Assembly: GCA_030428205.1 (NCBI GenBank)
Contig: JAUIBK010000001.1
Location: forward strand, 199,966-263,965
DNA: 64,000 bases
Reading direction: 5' to 3'
DNA from: a bacterium
Lineage (GTDB): Bacteria; Bdellovibrionota_C; UBA2361; RFPC01
The notes beneath the pieces are model-generated. The model was not told the origin of the DNA. It saw nothing but the letters and a program-made list of their open reading frames with translations, and did no database searches. Shown here piece by piece: positions 62,438 through 64,000 of this stretch (position 1 is its first letter; each line of letters starts with the position of its first letter). Both the position numbers and the translations under genes were made by a program.

Positions 62438-62606
62438 GAACGCATATCAAAATGCCCGCATTTTGATATGCGTTCAGTATCCCCCGGAGGGAAGACAAAT
62501 ACTCCCCGCGTAATCAGTAAGGGCCGATCAGGCCCTTTCCATGGCGTGCTTGATAGTGTTGCAGAGCTTCGAACTGGGTATTCTCAAGTGCGGGGAGTAT
62601 AGAACT
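62438..62606. repeat. structured repeat (family 2): 14-bp perfect hairpin plus atactccccgc/gcggggagtat inverted pair; shares the motif TCAAGTGCGGGGAGTATA with 21245-21266
   Basis: cgcatatcaaaatg-cccg-cattttgatatgcg. ...aaatactccccgcg ... gggccgatcaggccc ... tctcaagtgcggggagtatagaacttt. The same 18-mer occurs at 21245-21262 near gggggatactccccgcc. Confidence 0.7.
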
Positions 62607-62781
62607 TTCTGTAACAATGCGAGTCTTGGTCCGACTCTAGGGCCAGGACCTTATGATACTACTGCGGAAGGGGGTTGAAGAACTTGGTTAACTTCATGAC
62701 TATGGTAATAGCTTTCTCTAAACCCAGATCCATGGTTAAGAGACGATCTCATGGAACCTGCAGGCATTATAGTAAAACTTA

Positions 62782-62947
62782 TAACGCGAAGTACGCGTAC
62801 TTCGCGTTATAAATTTGTAACCAATCAAGGCTAAGACCAAGAAGGATAAGCCTCATTCCAGGGTAGAGCTCCTGTGTTTAACATACTTCACCTCATGGGT
62901 TTCATACTGTTTTCTCTTCTTAGCTGGTTATCCAGCTTACCCGTGGA
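62782..62947. repeat. ~166-bp intergenic repeat element (family 3, second copy; shorter 14-bp hairpin)
   Basis: ataacgcgaagtac-gc-gtacttcgcgttat, then sequence about 80% identical to 53871-54006 (…cctgtgtttaaca.ac.tcac.t.atgggtttcat.ctgttttctcttctta.ctggttatccag.ttacccgtgga). Confidence 0.85.
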
Positions 62948-62963
62948 TCAGGACTAAATATTT

Positions 62964-63557
62964 ATGAACTCAGTTACCTTCTCCAATTCTCTAAACAACT
63001 TCTTGTCAGGAAAAATCTCACGCAGAGAGTTCATCCGCTCGAGCCTTGCTCTAGCCAGTATAGCCTCTTTAGGTCAGCTCTTAGGCTGTGTGTATCAGGA
63101 TGCGCAGGTGCTTCCGCGTCTTTCACCTCAGCAAGATGAGCAAATGAGTGCTGTCTTTGATGTACTCTTTCCAAGTGAACAGGAGTCCCCTGGAGCAAGA
63201 GAGCTTGACACTCTTGCCTATCTGCATTTTGTAATGCTCGATCCTACTTACGATTCAAGTGATAAAGAGCTGATCCAGAGCGGACTAGAACGGTTACAAG
63301 AAGAATCTGACAAGAGATTTGGAAAACCATTTCTTACGTTAAGAGCTGAGCAGCGACACTTGCTCTTTGAGCATATCCAAACTCTTTCCTGGGGAAAGCG
63401 GTGGATGACTCGGCTTCTTAATGTCGCGCTTGAAGGCATGTTGGCGGATCCACTCTACGGTTCAAACCGTGATGGTGCGGGATGGAGGTGGCTCGAATTT
63501 CAACCAGGGGTGCCCCGTCCTACCGCTATTCCTACTGAGATGAGGCCAAAAGCATGA
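62964..63557 (+). CDS. gluconate 2-dehydrogenase subunit 3 family protein (Tat signal)
   Basis: Twin-arginine SRREFIRSSLALASIA. C-terminal ADPLYGSNRDGAGW motif typical of the small subunit partnered with GMC oxidoreductases. Confidence 0.75.
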   Translation: MNSVTFSNSLNNFLSGKISRREFIRSSLALASIASLGQLLGCVYQDAQVLPRLSPQQDEQMSAVFDVLFPSEQESPGARELDTLAYLHFVMLDPTYDSSDKELIQSGLERLQEESDKRFGKPFLTLRAEQRHLLFEHIQTLSWGKRWMTRLLNVALEGMLADPLYGSNRDGAGWRWLEFQPGVPRPTAIPTEMRPKA

Positions 63558-64000
63558 TTGAAGCTGATGTGTGTGTAGTTGGCTCCGGGGCAGGGGGATC
63601 TCCAATAGCCTATGAGCTATCCCGCAAAGGGTACCGGGTTGTCGTTCTTGAGAAAGGCAAATGGTACAAGACAAGTGATTTTACAAAGGATGAGCTGGCG
63701 TGTTGTAGGCGAGATCTCTACACCCCAAATCTCAATCAAGAATTTCACGCAATCGAAGATCGAGATAGTCGAAAAGATGATTGGAACACTACACCGTCGT
63801 ATGAGAGTGGCCCCTCTTTTTGGAATGGAAACTGTGTCGGTGGCTCTTCTAATTTTATGAGCGGTTATTTCCACCGCCTCAAGCCAATCGATTTTCGACT
63901 TCTCTCTGAATTTGGTCCGATTGAAGGTGCAAATGTAGTCGATTGGCCAATAAGCTATGAGGATCTCGAACCGTACTATACAAAAGTTGAGCGTGTTGTA
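63554..64000 (+). CDS. GMC-family FAD-dependent oxidoreductase (5' part; continues beyond the window)
   Basis: MIEADVCVVGSGAGGSPIAYELSRKGYRVVVLEKG Rossmann FAD motif. ATG overlaps the upstream stop (ATGA). Confidence 0.8.
   Translation, partial: MIEADVCVVGSGAGGSPIAYELSRKGYRVVVLEKGKWYKTSDFTKDELACCRRDLYTPNLNQEFHAIEDRDSRKDDWNTTPSYESGPSFWNGNCVGGSSNFMSGYFHRLKPIDFRLLSEFGPIEGANVVDWPISYEDLEPYYTKVERVV

Overview
This is a bacterial core-genome window, about 48% GC. A Myxococcus-type cysteine-rich repeat and the lineage-specific tails on NusG and L17 suggest Myxococcota or Bdellovibrionota. It carries the ribosomal and transcription super-cluster almost end to end. From the left: three minus-strand tRNAs (Tyr, Gly, Thr) next to tRNA-derived tandem repeats, then secE-nusG-rplKAJL-rpoBC. 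Next comes a roughly 6.8 kb non-ribosomal insert, then rpsL-rpsG-fusA-tuf, the S10 and spc operons through secY-adk, rpmJ, and the alpha operon (rpsM-rpsK-rpsD-rpoA-rplQ). Map and infA are absent between adk and rpmJ. The insert holds a secreted hypothetical protein, a 1086-aa secreted multidomain protein with a clear PAAR motif domain, and an EF-G paralog broken by a frameshift. Downstream of rplQ are fabI, an LptE-like lipoprotein, a TPR-rhomboid protease, rpsT, dcd, two hybrid histidine kinases, a receiver protein, an M48 peptidase, 5-FCL, ymdB, a 2-hydroxyacid dehydrogenase, an OmpA-family protein, two substrate-binding proteins, a HigA-like HTH protein, a MerR-like coiled-coil protein, and a gluconate-2-DH subunit 3 plus GMC oxidoreductase pair. 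The most notable items are: (1) the PAAR-containing giant protein locus sitting between rpoC and rpsL; (2) a 1.3 kb ORF-free structured region upstream of rpsL; (3) three families of long palindromic intergenic repeat elements, one of them inserted inside the spc operon between rplO and secY; (4) a NusG with a roughly 170-aa acidic N-terminal extension; and (5) an EF-Tu with a divergent switch-I segment. I found no CRISPR array and no transposase.
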